Of a stretch of 64,000 nt of DNA, positions 19,699 to 29,986 are shown piece by piece. The stretch lies in IMG/VR virus record IMGVR_UViG_3300046468_002660, one strand, 5' to 3'. The notes beneath the pieces are model-generated. The model searched no databases and had not been told where the DNA came from. It was given only the letters and a program-made list of their open reading frames with translations. The DNA comes from a virus. Position numbers and translations under genes: made by a program. The stretch's first letter is position 1, and each line of letters starts with the position of its first letter.

Positions 19699-20421
19699 AT
19701 GCTTAAGAAAAAATGTACTACATGTGGTAAAACATTACCTGTAGAAAACTTTTACAAACAGCAAGAAAAAATTTTAGAAGCTCGAGCTGAAAAAATAAAA
19801 AATCCAAAGATAAATAAAGACGGAACCCCCAGAAAATATAAAAAATTTACTGAAGCTGATAACTATATAAACGTGTGTATGTCATGCCATCTCGCTAACT
19901 GCAAAAAGCAACATAAAAAAAATAAAGACAAAAACAATGCTAGAAAGAAAAGGAATTACAGAGCAAGGCACGAGTATTATTTAAATCAAGTTCGCAATTT
20001 TAGAAAAAACTTTCCAGAAAAAGTTAAAGCCCAAAGACAAAAGCATTGGCACGAAGTTCAAAAACCAAGAATGCATAATGACCCCTTTGAAAAATTTAAA
20101 GTTTATACAAAAACAAGAGCTTCAAGAATAATGAATAGCCTTGCCTCAGGTAAAGTTTGCGAAAATGACTTGCTAGATTGCGATTCAAATACTTTTATTA
20201 AACACATTGAATCTCAATTTACAGAAGAGATGAATTGGGATAACTATGCAGAAGAATGGGAGTACGACCACATTAAACCATTAGCAGCTTTTGATTTCTC
20301 TAATGAAGATGAAGTGAAAGAGGCTTTCAACTATAAAAATGTAAGACCTTTAAATAAAAAACAAAATCAATTAAAAGGTTCAACTTGGAATGGGAAAAAA
20401 CAATATTACAATGAAAATTAG
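19699..20421 (+). CDS. HNH endonuclease with Zn-finger N-terminus (homing-endonuclease-like)
   Basis: CxxC...CxxC, M.W.NY..W..DHIKP, NV.PL...N..K. Confidence 0.8.
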   Translation: MLKKKCTTCGKTLPVENFYKQQEKILEARAEKIKNPKINKDGTPRKYKKFTEADNYINVCMSCHLANCKKQHKKNKDKNNARKKRNYRARHEYYLNQVRNFRKNFPEKVKAQRQKHWHEVQKPRMHNDPFEKFKVYTKTRASRIMNSLASGKVCENDLLDCDSNTFIKHIESQFTEEMNWDNYAEEWEYDHIKPLAAFDFSNEDEVKEAFNYKNVRPLNKKQNQLKGSTWNGKKQYYNEN

Positions 20422-22167
20422 AAAAAAACTAAAAAACGCAGAGTTTGAATATGACGAAGAAACTAAAAAGTTTCTAATAATAGATGGTGAAGGCGACGCT
20501 GTTGTTGAATTAAATAAAGTTTATGCTTTTGCATTTATGCGTTTTGTTGTACGCATGGCTCAAAGAAATTGGTTAAGAAATAAAAAATCTTCAGATAAAA
20601 ATGAAGATTCTATATTTAAACCAAAAAATCAAATGGAAATATTTCAATAATAAATTATCATAATAGCATGAATCAAGAAAAAAAAATACAGAACGTTGAA
20701 GAAATAACATCAGAATTACTTTCTTCTTCTGATGTCGTATACGCTTCAGAAGAACAAGAATTTTTTTATAAATCAACTGACGACCCAGTGCCTTATGGAG
20801 AACCAGTTGGTTTAGATGTACCTATTTATAACTTTAATTATTTAAAGCATGAAGTTGATGAACATGATAATAGTCGTGATGCAAGCAAATGGAGAAGTTA
20901 CGCAAGTGAAGAATATGAAGCTCTTCTTAAAGATCAATTAAGCCCTAAAGAAATAAAACTTGTTTTATTTAAAGATATTTATTGGAAGCCAAGCTATGAC
21001 TGTGAAAAAGAATGATTACCCTAAATTATATGAGTATCGTATAAAATATAATGCTGGAGAAAACCACTCAGCTTTAGACAATTTTCATTACTACAATGCT
21101 GAAACAGCAGCTCAAGCCTTAGATTACCACAAGGCAATGATGCAAAAACATGGCTTTGAGAGTCAAACAATTTCTATTGAAAAAAAGAATCCTTATGCAA
21201 ATCGATGGGAAGATCGAAGTGAAATTTTAAAAGAACAAATATAATTGACATGAAAAATACTGAGAGAACTTGTTGGATAATAGCTATAATTTTATTAGCT
21301 CTTTTTTGTGACCGAAAAATGGCTAAAGTTGAAAATATGGAGTCTTTAATTACTTCCTACGATTTAAACAATCAGGTTAAATCCGATCAAATAATAGACT
21401 TGATGCATCAAATAAATAATGGCAGCCAAGATCAATACAGACAAGGCTTTGAAGAAGGTAAAGCTTACGCAATGATCGCCGCCATCAATAATGAAGATTT
21501 GCATAAATATGCTGATGGATATCACGCAGCAATGTCCCAAATGGAATTCAGCCAAAAAGCTAGGGATTACAATAACTCAAATGAAATATACAGCTTGTTT
21601 CTTGAAGTTTTAAATATGCTTGATGAGTCAGATCACGAATATCGAGAATTATTAAACTTTGTTGCTGAAGATGGAAATTAGTTCCGAGCAAATTATTTAT
21701 TCTGAACATGGTTACGATGAATGCTTTGAATACATTAATGGAGGTAGAGTTCCTGAAGGAATTGCTGTTGGATATGAAACTGAATCCACTACCCCTCATA
21801 GAGTTTTAATTTTGTTTAACGACATTAAATATAGCGCTTATGACCATGATTATTGGGATAATTTAGATTTGGAAAATGATGTAAACCGCGTAATTTTACC
21901 ATGATAGCTTTTAACAAATATTACTCAGAACAGCCTCAAGATCCTTTAAAAAAATTACAACAGCTTCTAAATAAAATTGATCTTTTTGAAGAAGATGATT
22001 TTTTAGAAGAAGCCTTCGACGAAAACACTTCAAATAATTCAAATTTATCAGAGCTTTTAGAGATTGTATATTTTCATTTATTTACTGAAAATTATTCCAA
22101 CATCGACCTTTCCATAACGAAAAACAAAAATAATTCACTAGAAATAAAGATCAAAAAACTATCATGA
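20411..22167 (+). CDS. Run of six small hypothetical proteins (20411-20650, 20668-21015, 20996-21244, 21250-21681, ~21671-21904, 21901-22167)
   Basis: Abutting or overlapping ORFs with phage-like packing. Confidence 0.5.
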
Positions 22168-22691
22168 AAAAGAGAGTAGATAACGAGAAAGATTATTCAA
22201 AAAAAATTGAGTTAATTAAGCCGCCTTTATTTAATTTTATACGCTCAAAGATTTATAATCATAGTGATGCTGAAGACATCTTGCAAAACACTCTTCTAAT
22301 TTTAGTTGAAAAGCAAAATTCTTATAATTCAAATAAGAGTTTTTATAGCTGGGCTTTTACAATTTGCAAATTTCAAATTAAAAGATATTTAACAATATCT
22401 AAAAGAAATAGAGAGGATAATTGGGAATCTTTCGAATCTGTTCCTATTACTAATACGTCTAGTCCTTTTTGTGATTTAGCTCAAAAAGAATATATAAAAC
22501 AAAAAGATTACGCTATATCACAAATTAAATCTAAGTTCTTGACGCCCAGAGAGTTAGAGTTCTTTTCTTTAATACAAAAAGGTAAAAATAGAGAAGAAAT
22601 AATGAATTCAATGGGCATTAAAATAATTAATTATTATCAATATCGCAATAGAGTTTCAAAAAGATTTGTAGAAAATTACGTAGAAGTTTAA
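22164..22691 (+). CDS. ECF-like RNA polymerase sigma factor
   Basis: Region 2 DAEDILQ...F.SW...I; region 4 LTPRE...HTH. Confidence 0.8.
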   Translation: MKKRVDNEKDYSKKIELIKPPLFNFIRSKIYNHSDAEDILQNTLLILVEKQNSYNSNKSFYSWAFTICKFQIKRYLTISKRNREDNWESFESVPITNTSSPFCDLAQKEYIKQKDYAISQIKSKFLTPRELEFFSLIQKGKNREEIMNSMGIKIINYYQYRNRVSKRFVENYVEV

Positions 22692-23105
22692 TTGAACACA
22701 GAATTACATATTTTTAAAAGTGCTGAGTCAATTTTTGATTTAAAATATAAAAGTTTTATCAACAATCATCTGGGAGAAGTTTTAATTGGAGGAAGAGGTC
22801 TTAAAAGAGACCCCATAACTTCTTTTAATTTATATTTTAAACCAAATTATGATGTCGAAAATTTAATTTCAATACTTATTGAAATGTTAAAACAAACCCC
22901 TTTAATAGAAATAAAGTCTTTCAATAAATATGACGAACTAGAGTCTTCTTTTAAAATTTTTTATTTAAATTCAGATGAATCAATAGAAGATTTTTATTGC
23001 TTAGAAGATGCTTTTGATTTTGTTCAAGATGATTATCGTGTAGTGCAAATTTGCGAAGTGAAGACTAAAAGTTTAACTTTGTTGAACCGTTTTTGGCTAA
23101 ATTAA
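22692..23105 (+). CDS. Hypothetical protein
   Basis: ORF abutting the sigma gene. Confidence 0.45.
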   Translation: MNTELHIFKSAESIFDLKYKSFINNHLGEVLIGGRGLKRDPITSFNLYFKPNYDVENLISILIEMLKQTPLIEIKSFNKYDELESSFKIFYLNSDESIEDFYCLEDAFDFVQDDYRVVQICEVKTKSLTLLNRFWLN

Positions 23106-23680
23106 TGAGAAAAAAATTAAACAACAAGCGCAGGAAAGCTGACATTTTAAAATTGCGAGCAGAGGGGAAAAGCTTTCGTCAAATATCTAAAGAGTTAGGG
23201 TGTTCAAGAAGCTTAGTGTCTTACCATTGCGGAAATGGAAATGAAAACTTAAGATCAAGAACTCAACATAAAACAAGAAATCCTTTGTGCAAGAAAGTCT
23301 CAAATTTTAAATGTCGGTGTTCACGATCTAATTATAAAGCAATTTCTAGTAAACTTAAAACTTTTAAAAGAAAACCTTCAGTTTCTTCAGGTAACCCTTC
23401 AGATACAGTTGTAAATAACATTTCTAAAAATTACACTTGTAAAGATGTTATTGATAAATTAGGTGCAGAACCTGTTTGTTATTTGACTGGAGAAAAAATT
23501 GATTTAACAAAACCTGAAACTTATCACTTAGATCACATTATTCCATCTTCCAAAGGAGGGACTAATGATTTAGATAACCTGCAAATATGTTTGAAAGAAG
23601 CTAATTTTGCAAAAGGAGAGCTATCATTGGATGAATTTTATAAACTTTGTGAAAAAGTTTTAAATTGGCGCAAAAAGTAG
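23105..23680 (+). CDS. HNH endonuclease with N-terminal HTH
   Basis: G.SFRQIS.ELG.S.S.V HTH; HLDHIIP.SKGG.N..NLQ...AN..K. Confidence 0.85.
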   Translation: MRKKLNNKRRKADILKLRAEGKSFRQISKELGCSRSLVSYHCGNGNENLRSRTQHKTRNPLCKKVSNFKCRCSRSNYKAISSKLKTFKRKPSVSSGNPSDTVVNNISKNYTCKDVIDKLGAEPVCYLTGEKIDLTKPETYHLDHIIPSSKGGTNDLDNLQICLKEANFAKGELSLDEFYKLCEKVLNWRKK

Positions 23681-24075
23681 ATTTTTCAATAAAAACCGTT
23701 AATATAAATAATATGCAACCATTACCACAATTATCAGAAGATCAACAAAAAATTCTTCAAAATTTCGTAAAACTTGAAGAAGATTTAGTTGATTCAGAAC
23801 ATAAAAATGACTTCGAAATTCTAAGAGAAGCTTGGAATGTAGAAATACAAAAGCCAGGATGCACTCAATGCATTAAAAACTCTGCTCAAGCTAAATATGC
23901 AGGTTTAGCCACTTTGATTGTTGAGCATAAAGTTTCGATTGAGCAAGCTAAAGAGATTCAAGATTTAAGAGTTGAGTTAAGTAAAGAACATCAAATTATT
24001 CAACAAAAAATTAACGCCGAAATACAAACAAAAATTTCTGATATTAAAAATCAAGGAGAAACCGCTAATGCGTAA
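23665..24075 (+). CDS. Hypothetical protein with CxxC and coiled coil
   Basis: GCTQC; probable start 23713. Confidence 0.45.
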   Translation: MAQKVDFSIKTVNINNMQPLPQLSEDQQKILQNFVKLEEDLVDSEHKNDFEILREAWNVEIQKPGCTQCIKNSAQAKYAGLATLIVEHKVSIEQAKEIQDLRVELSKEHQIIQQKINAEIQTKISDIKNQGETANA

Positions 24076-24076
24076 A

Positions 24077-24331
24077 ATGAATAATTTAAAATATTTTACA
24101 GCATCTTGGTGTGGACCTTGCAGATTTTTTAAACCTACTATTGAAGAATTGATTGAAGAAGGAGAAAATATTGAAATCATTGATATTGACGAAAATCAGT
24201 CTTTATCTTCGGACTATCAAATTATGAGTGTACCCACATTAGTTTTTGAGAATAATGGATCTACATATGCTCGTTCTAGTGGAGCCATGCCAAAAGAACA
24301 AGTTAAGCAGATTTTAGCTCATAGCTCATAA
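24077..24331 (+). CDS. trxA: Thioredoxin
   Basis: WCGPC active site, SVPTL. Confidence 0.92.
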   Translation: MNNLKYFTASWCGPCRFFKPTIEELIEEGENIEIIDIDENQSLSSDYQIMSVPTLVFENNGSTYARSSGAMPKEQVKQILAHSS

Positions 24332-24339
24332 TCTCTTCT

Positions 24340-24415
<76 letters not shown>

Positions 24416-24470
24416 TACACTTCTCAGTAAAGTAAAATTGCAGGTTGTAGGTTACAAGGGGTTTTAATAA

Positions 24471-25013
24471 ATGAAAATTAAGGATTATATAGATTATATA
24501 TCATTAAAAAGAAAAGAGCTTGGAGGTCACTCAATTTGTCCCTTCGCTAAAACTTTTTTAGATAAAATAAAAATAATTGAGTCTACTAATTTTATGGCAG
24601 ATGCATTTGATTGTATACAAAATAAAAATCATCCAATGCTGTATTTAATTTATGGTGACTCAAAACAATTTGATAAAAAATGGCTAGAAGAATTTTGCAA
24701 TGATCACCAGCAGTTTGCAAAAATAAATGACCTGTGGTTAATATGGGATCATCCCGATCAAATAAATAAAATAAATGGCGTAGAGACAAATAATAAAGAA
24801 TATGCTATATTGTTAATACAAGGGTTAAGCGAGTTAAATAAATACTCAAAAAGATTACATAAAACAAATTATTATGAATTTTGGGATAAAGATTATTATA
24901 ATAAAATAGTTAAGAGTCGAGGTGAAATAGATGGTTTTGAAAAATATAAAAATTTATCTGATGATTGTTTTGAAGAAATGTTGATTCATAAATTATCTAA
25001 AAATAAAGATTAA
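24471..25013 (+). CDS. Hypothetical protein (DUF1415-like CPFA/HP motifs)
   Basis: ICPFAK, WDHPD. Confidence 0.45.
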   Translation: MKIKDYIDYISLKRKELGGHSICPFAKTFLDKIKIIESTNFMADAFDCIQNKNHPMLYLIYGDSKQFDKKWLEEFCNDHQQFAKINDLWLIWDHPDQINKINGVETNNKEYAILLIQGLSELNKYSKRLHKTNYYEFWDKDYYNKIVKSRGEIDGFEKYKNLSDDCFEEMLIHKLSKNKD

Positions 25014-25038
25014 AGTGTAATTAATTACATTAATAATC

Positions 25039-25704
25039 ATGATCCCTAGTCGAAAAACCCATTGTCAAAAAACCACTAAAACACCAGAAGAGACGGTGGA
25101 TTTTTCTAGTCTTGAATCGTCAAGCTTAAAAGAAAACTCTGTTAAAAAAGATATTTGTTATATAAAATTAACTAAATGTGGGTCTACTTCAATCAATCGT
25201 TGGTTGCAAACAATAGGTAAAAGTTTTTATTTCATTCGTCATAGACCAAGTAGACACTTATCAAATATAGAAGTTCTTGAAAAATCTGATTTCATCTTTT
25301 CTGTTGCTCGAAACCCTTATTCAAGAGCCGTATCTTCATGGGCTTTCTTAGAGGGTGGAAGAAGAGGTAAAGAAGATAGACCTCGTTTATCGTTTAAAGA
25401 ATTTATGGAAAATGATATATATATCACTCATTTTCGAAATGTTCATACCAAAAGTCAATATGAACTTCTAAAACCCTTTTTGCATTTTAATAATTTTCAT
25501 TTAGGAAAATTAGAAGAAATTGACATTACTCTTTCTTTAATTTGCGAAAAATTTAACCTAAATAAAAGTGATTTTAGTTTTCCACAAATAAGATCAAGCA
25601 AGCATGATGATTATAAAAGTTATTATAATGATGAAATTCAAGAGTTAGTTTATAATAAATTTAAAAAAGATTTTCTTTTTTTTGGTTACTCTGAAAATCT
25701 TTAA
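25039..25704 (+). CDS. Sulfotransferase (Sulfotransfer_2 family)
   Basis: 5'-PSB KCGSTS, 3'-PB RNPYSRAVS, C-terminal DF..FGY. Confidence 0.8.
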   Translation: MIPSRKTHCQKTTKTPEETVDFSSLESSSLKENSVKKDICYIKLTKCGSTSINRWLQTIGKSFYFIRHRPSRHLSNIEVLEKSDFIFSVARNPYSRAVSSWAFLEGGRRGKEDRPRLSFKEFMENDIYITHFRNVHTKSQYELLKPFLHFNNFHLGKLEEIDITLSLICEKFNLNKSDFSFPQIRSSKHDDYKSYYNDEIQELVYNKFKKDFLFFGYSENL

Positions 25705-26086
25705 CTAGCTCCCAGCGATTATCGTAATTTAATCGAAAAGAACCTTTGCACTTTTCTCCCCAAGAACACTCATTTGGAGCAAATAAACTCATAAAATATT
25801 TCCCATTATCTTTTTTATATAAATGATATATTTGCCCAATAACAGGTTTCATTCTCATTTCTGCATTAAATATTATTTCGTTCCATTTAACATCTTCAGC
25901 TAATTGCTCAAGTTCTTTTTTTAATTTATTAAATCTTTCTTCGTAGTGTTTGTTTGCAGAATGTACCGCACCAACTTTCCATCCACCAAGACTATGATCG
26001 GGTTTAATTACGGGAGCAGATAAGTTGCTTCCATAAGGTAAAGCATAAGCATTTGGCACATAACTATCGGGTAAATCTTTATCCAT
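25661..26086 (-). CDS. DUF2452-like protein
   Basis: LPY...SAP, KPVIGQIYHLY, S..P.E. Confidence 0.6.
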   Translation of the reverse strand: MDKDLPDSYVPNAYALPYGSNLSAPVIKPDHSLGGWKVGAVHSANKHYEERFNKLKKELEQLAEDVKWNEIIFNAEMRMKPVIGQIYHLYKKDNGKYFMSLFAPNECSWGEKCKGSFRLNYDNRWELVKDFQSNQKKENLF

Positions 26087-26294
26087 TTTTTTCTAATTTA
26101 GTTAATATTTTTTTTAAAACATCAATTCTCGCCTCTTGTTCAGAAATTGCTCTACCCCACTTGCTTAAAGGTAACATCGGCATATATGATTCCTTGGAAT
26201 TGTATTCGCAAATTTTTTCATTCTCTAAAAAAGAAATTTCTTCTTTTATTAAATTTATAAAATCTTTTTTGCTCATTACATAATAACATTCCAC
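26079..26294 (-). CDS. Hypothetical protein
   Basis: Overlaps neighbours in the minus-strand operon. Confidence 0.45.
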   Translation of the reverse strand: MECYYVMSKKDFINLIKEEISFLENEKICEYNSKESYMPMLPLSKWGRAISEQEARIDVLKKILTKLEKNG

Positions 26295-26710
26295 TCTTCT
26301 TCTTTGTCAACCCAATCTTTAAATTTTTCAAATCCACCTCTTGCAGACCAATCTGAATCAATGGTTAATTTTGAAGATATTCCACCTCTTGGATTAAAAA
26401 CCATAACCAATCTTAATCGTTCGGGTTCATAAACTTCTATTAGATGTTCGTAAAATATATTAATTAATCTTTCGTAAGAAACAACTATATCTCTTAAATG
26501 AAAGACATATTGCTTGAGGCTTTTTAGCTCTATAATTTTATCTTTTGGATAAAAACTGAGGTAAGCATTTGCAAAATCGGGTTGCTCTTTAACTCCAAGA
26601 AAAGTAAATTCGGGAACTTTTACTTTTATTTCGTATGCACCTTTGCTTGGATTAGGCAGAGATTTTAATATTTCTTTATTTATTTGATCGTATTTTTTCA
26701 TATTTACCAA
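26276..26710 (-). CDS. QueF (preQ0 reductase, T-fold)-like protein lacking the catalytic Cys
   Basis: PEFT.LG..QPDFA, ELKSLK.Y, S.E, PRGGI; canonical EFTxLCP replaced by EFTFLGV. Confidence 0.8.
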   Translation of the reverse strand: MVNMKKYDQINKEILKSLPNPSKGAYEIKVKVPEFTFLGVKEQPDFANAYLSFYPKDKIIELKSLKQYVFHLRDIVVSYERLINIFYEHLIEVYEPERLRLVMVFNPRGGISSKLTIDSDWSARGGFEKFKDWVDKEEEWNVIM

Positions 26711-26895
26711 TTTTTAATAATATTTCCTATAATAAATAAACAAGTCGTCATATTTAAAACGACTATAATTGTTCTTAGGATTAAACTAAATCTAGCTTCC
26801 TTCAATGAAAGAATAGGTATGTCGGGCTGATCTTCATCCGTTTTACCGACTCGATGATCTAATGTTCTAGCCCAAATTAACCAAAGTTTTTTCAT
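26704..26895 (-). CDS. Small membrane protein
   Basis: W..WA..L...G, C-terminal TM helix. Confidence 0.5.
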   Translation of the reverse strand: MKKLWLIWARTLDHRVGKTDEDQPDIPILSLKEARFSLILRTIIVVLNMTTCLFIIGNIIKNW

Positions 26896-27662
26896 TTAAA
26901 AAAAAGATTATCATCATGTTTTTTAATACTATCTAAATCGCTTACTTTTTCAACATTAGAATCTCGTTCGCATAAAAATTTATAACGCTCAATATCGTCT
27001 GACCACTCTTCTCCTGTCCAAAATTCAAACCCTGCGTAATCTGCTTTGTATATACATGATTTTTCGTAGCCAAAGCCGAGATACATATAATCTTTACCGC
27101 TTTCGATACAATAATCAATTTCTGCAAGATTAGCATATTTACCAAGGTATAGTTTTGGCTCTTCATAATCCCATGCGAATTGAGTTGAAAAAACGCTATT
27201 TGAACCAACATCCCGCATAAATGTAAATGCGATTGGTTTTTCATTTAAATAATAAATTAAAAAATATTTACGATGGGATTCTGATAAAATTAAAGGAGCT
27301 AAATCCCATTTTTTAAACCCTCTATATTCAAAATATTTATCAAAAATTTCGTTTAATATATTTATATTAATTTCTTTTGCATTTAAACACTTTGTGGTAA
27401 TGTTTTTGCATTTCTTGCGAGCTTTTCTAGTGCTTCTAGTGTCGGAAAATTTTTTAAGATTAATTCTTGTTTGTCTCGCTTGATACCAATGTGATTTTAA
27501 TATGTTTCCGAGAGAATCTTTTTTTATTAAATAATCGTCGGGTAACCAACCCTCTTTTAAAGCAATATCTTCCTCAACCAAGGGAACTTCTGCCATACAA
27601 TCAAAAAACATATAATCATACTCTGTAATTGCTCCCGAATAGTGTTTAAAATATATTCTCAT
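26892..27662 (-). CDS. ATE/Bpt-like aminoacyl-tRNA:protein transferase (GNAT fold)
   Basis: RI.L..F..TRSTRK (ATE_N-like); LG.YA.L.EI......Y.YLG.....S..YK..Y (ATE_C-like). Confidence 0.65.
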   Translation of the reverse strand: MRIYFKHYSGAITEYDYMFFDCMAEVPLVEEDIALKEGWLPDDYLIKKDSLGNILKSHWYQARQTRINLKKFSDTRSTRKARKKCKNITTKCLNAKEININILNEIFDKYFEYRGFKKWDLAPLILSESHRKYFLIYYLNEKPIAFTFMRDVGSNSVFSTQFAWDYEEPKLYLGKYANLAEIDYCIESGKDYMYLGFGYEKSCIYKADYAGFEFWTGEEWSDDIERYKFLCERDSNVEKVSDLDSIKKHDDNLFFK

Positions 27663-28048
27663 GCCATACCTTCGTCAAACATTCTCCACCCTCTTGTGTT
27701 TTCAGTAGCTCGATCAAGAAATTTACAACCTAAAGATAAAGGATTGAACTTATTTAATTCTTTTGTTATAATTGTCTGATCAAAATCTTTACAACTATAA
27801 ACATCTAATTGGATAAAATTTGGATTAGTTTTTTCCCAAGAATGTAAGGCTATGTGACTTGTAGTGATTAAACAAAATGCACTAATTCCTTCATTATATT
27901 TTTCGTCGCAACGAACTGCTTTTGCAGGAGACAGAAGCTCCATGTTTATTAAATCTACAATATTATGAATCCAATTTTCTGTGAATTTAATTTCCGTAAA
28001 AGGAGTTTTTTCAAAAGTTGCATTAACTAAAAGTTGTTTGTGTTCCAC
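27659..28048 (-). CDS. speD: Pyruvoyl-dependent S-adenosylmethionine decarboxylase-family proenzyme
   Basis: G.S...LITTSHIALHSW, QLDVYSCK.F; GTG start. Confidence 0.8.
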   Translation of the reverse strand: MEHKQLLVNATFEKTPFTEIKFTENWIHNIVDLINMELLSPAKAVRCDEKYNEGISAFCLITTSHIALHSWEKTNPNFIQLDVYSCKDFDQTIITKELNKFNPLSLGCKFLDRATENTRGWRMFDEGMA

Positions 28049-28062
28049 ATAAATATGTTACA

Positions 28063-28515
28063 CTATTTCAGCTTCCAATGTTTAATATCTTTAACAAAAT
28101 CTTTAATTTTTACCATTGAAATAATATCTTTTCTATGTTTTCTTTGGTAAAGTCTGTACAAAGCATCTTTAGAATTATGAACTAATTTTTTATTAGTTAT
28201 TTTTTTTCTAAGCCAAGTTAACAAATCTTCTCTACGAACAACAATATAACATTTTTTTTGTTCAAAAGCTATAAAATCAGCTTTCCCTTTCAACCATCCA
28301 ATGTTTCCTCGTACATTTTGAATTTCAAGCCAAGCAATATCGTAATTATATTCTTGATCTGAGCGTGATATTTTTTTTGCTCCCTTAACATCAATTAAAG
28401 AATTATTGACTCGAAAATCCCAATGTTCGTAAATGTCTTGATCCTTACTTGATTTAGTAATAGTAAAATTATTTTTAACGCAAAGTTTATGAAATCTTTC
28501 TTCACTTTGATTCAT
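28063..28515 (-). CDS. Putative PD-(D/E)xK nuclease
   Basis: HWDF....IDVKG, WLE..NV.G..GWL.G.AD. Confidence 0.6.
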   Translation of the reverse strand: MNQSEERFHKLCVKNNFTITKSSKDQDIYEHWDFRVNNSLIDVKGAKKISRSDQEYNYDIAWLEIQNVRGNIGWLKGKADFIAFEQKKCYIVVRREDLLTWLRKKITNKKLVHNSKDALYRLYQRKHRKDIISMVKIKDFVKDIKHWKLK

Positions 28516-29069
28516 TAATTGTAGCTAATTCTTTTTTTGAAAAAGGTCTAAGCCAACCTTGTCCACTATGGATTTCTGCTGTATCTTCGGGTTGTTTATA
28601 TTCAATATTTAATGAATACGCTAAATCTCTAATTTGCTTAGGTGTGAGTTTAAGTTTTTTTCCGTTCAGCCACACGGCATAAGGAATACTTCCGTTAATA
28701 TTTAAAGGGTGAGGAATTGGATTAATTTGAATTTGAAAAACTTCTTCAATATTTGGGGTAAAATTTGGAGGAGTTGTAGGTATCAAAAAATGTTTCGGCA
28801 AACTTGGGGGTGGAGGAATAGGTAGATTTATTTCTTCTTTTAATTTAGAAGATTTGCATCCAATCACAAATAAAAGCAGTAACCAATTAAGTTTCATAAA
28901 ATTGCATTAACATTTTAAGCTGATTTTGTACATCTTTTATCTCTCTTTTTATGCTTTTTGTATAATCTTTTTTTTTGTTAACTTGTTGTAACAACCTCGT
29001 TGATAACTCATTTAACTCTTCAGCACATTTCAAGAGAACTTTATCATGTTCGCTTATAACGCTTTGCAT
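28502..29069 (-). CDS. Pro-rich putative lipoprotein (28502-28897) and small coiled-coil protein (28887-29069)
   Basis: Lipobox VIGC; AEE..EL motif in the second ORF. Confidence 0.45.
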
Positions 29070-29986
29070 AGCTCTAAACCTTTACCTGTGATTTTTCTTT
29101 TACCATCTATTTCAATGAGATTTTTATTCAACAAATATAATTCATGATCTCTTTGAAGAGCGGTTTTACTCATCCCAATTTTTGCCGCAAGCCCTGTGAG
29201 TGTAGCTGATCCACAATTGTTTAAAGCTTGTAGAATTTGTTTCTCTGTGTATGTGATACCATAAGGCAAGATACCTACTTGGTCACATAAATCAGCAAAT
29301 TGTTGCAAACCAAAAATATAATTATCTTTTGATCCACAATATAATTCTATTTCTTTGGCTCGTTTTACCGCACTACGAGCGTTTCCTCTAATTGTACTAG
29401 CAATTTCTTCTTCGACATTGTTTATAAATTTAACTTCGGGAGCACATAATTTCAATATGTTTGATAAATCTTTTGTGCTATAAGGTTCAAAGTCAACTAC
29501 TGTCAATCTATCCTTTAAGGGTGGAAAAATTTTATCTGTCTCCGTAGTTGCAAACAAAAATGTTTGTTTTTTAAAATTGAACTCGAAAGTCATTTCGTTC
29601 CACTCAAAGGTTTTTCTAGTATTTGCTTCGGCATTAAAAATTGTAAGAAATGCCATTGTTAAATCTTGGGGAAGGGCATGGCATTCGTCAAATAAGATAG
29701 TTATTTCATTATCTGCTATAAGGGGGAGAAATATTTGTTCAAAAAATTGCTCATTATTTTTAATCGTAGAGCAGTTTAATTCAATAAATGATCTTCTATC
29801 TCCATCTCTGTTGGATAAATTTCTAGCAAATGCTTTAGCAAACTCAGTCTTACCCAAGCCTTTTGCTCCCGACATTAATAAAAATGGACATTGCGAAGTT
29901 TTGTCAAAAGCATCTAAATAAAAAGATAACTTTTTCTTTACAGCGTTTTGCCCAACTAATCCTTTAAAATAATTACTCATCATCAA
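29054..29986 (-). CDS. ruvB: RuvB-like Holliday junction branch-migration AAA+ ATPase
   Basis: GQ..VK, GAKGLGKT, FDECH, ATTE, PL.DR, RG..R.A, C-terminal wHTH with E.YL. Confidence 0.85.
   Translation of the reverse strand: MMMSNYFKGLVGQNAVKKKLSFYLDAFDKTSQCPFLLMSGAKGLGKTEFAKAFARNLSNRDGDRRSFIELNCSTIKNNEQFFEQIFLPLIADNEITILFDECHALPQDLTMAFLTIFNAEANTRKTFEWNEMTFEFNFKKQTFLFATTETDKIFPPLKDRLTVVDFEPYSTKDLSNILKLCAPEVKFINNVEEEIASTIRGNARSAVKRAKEIELYCGSKDNYIFGLQQFADLCDQVGILPYGITYTEKQILQALNNCGSATLTGLAAKIGMSKTALQRDHELYLLNKNLIEIDGKRKITGKGLELCKAL

Noticed and set aside
25661-25704. 44-bp overlap of convergent genes as a regulatory device
   Set aside because: Common in compact phage genomes; no further signal
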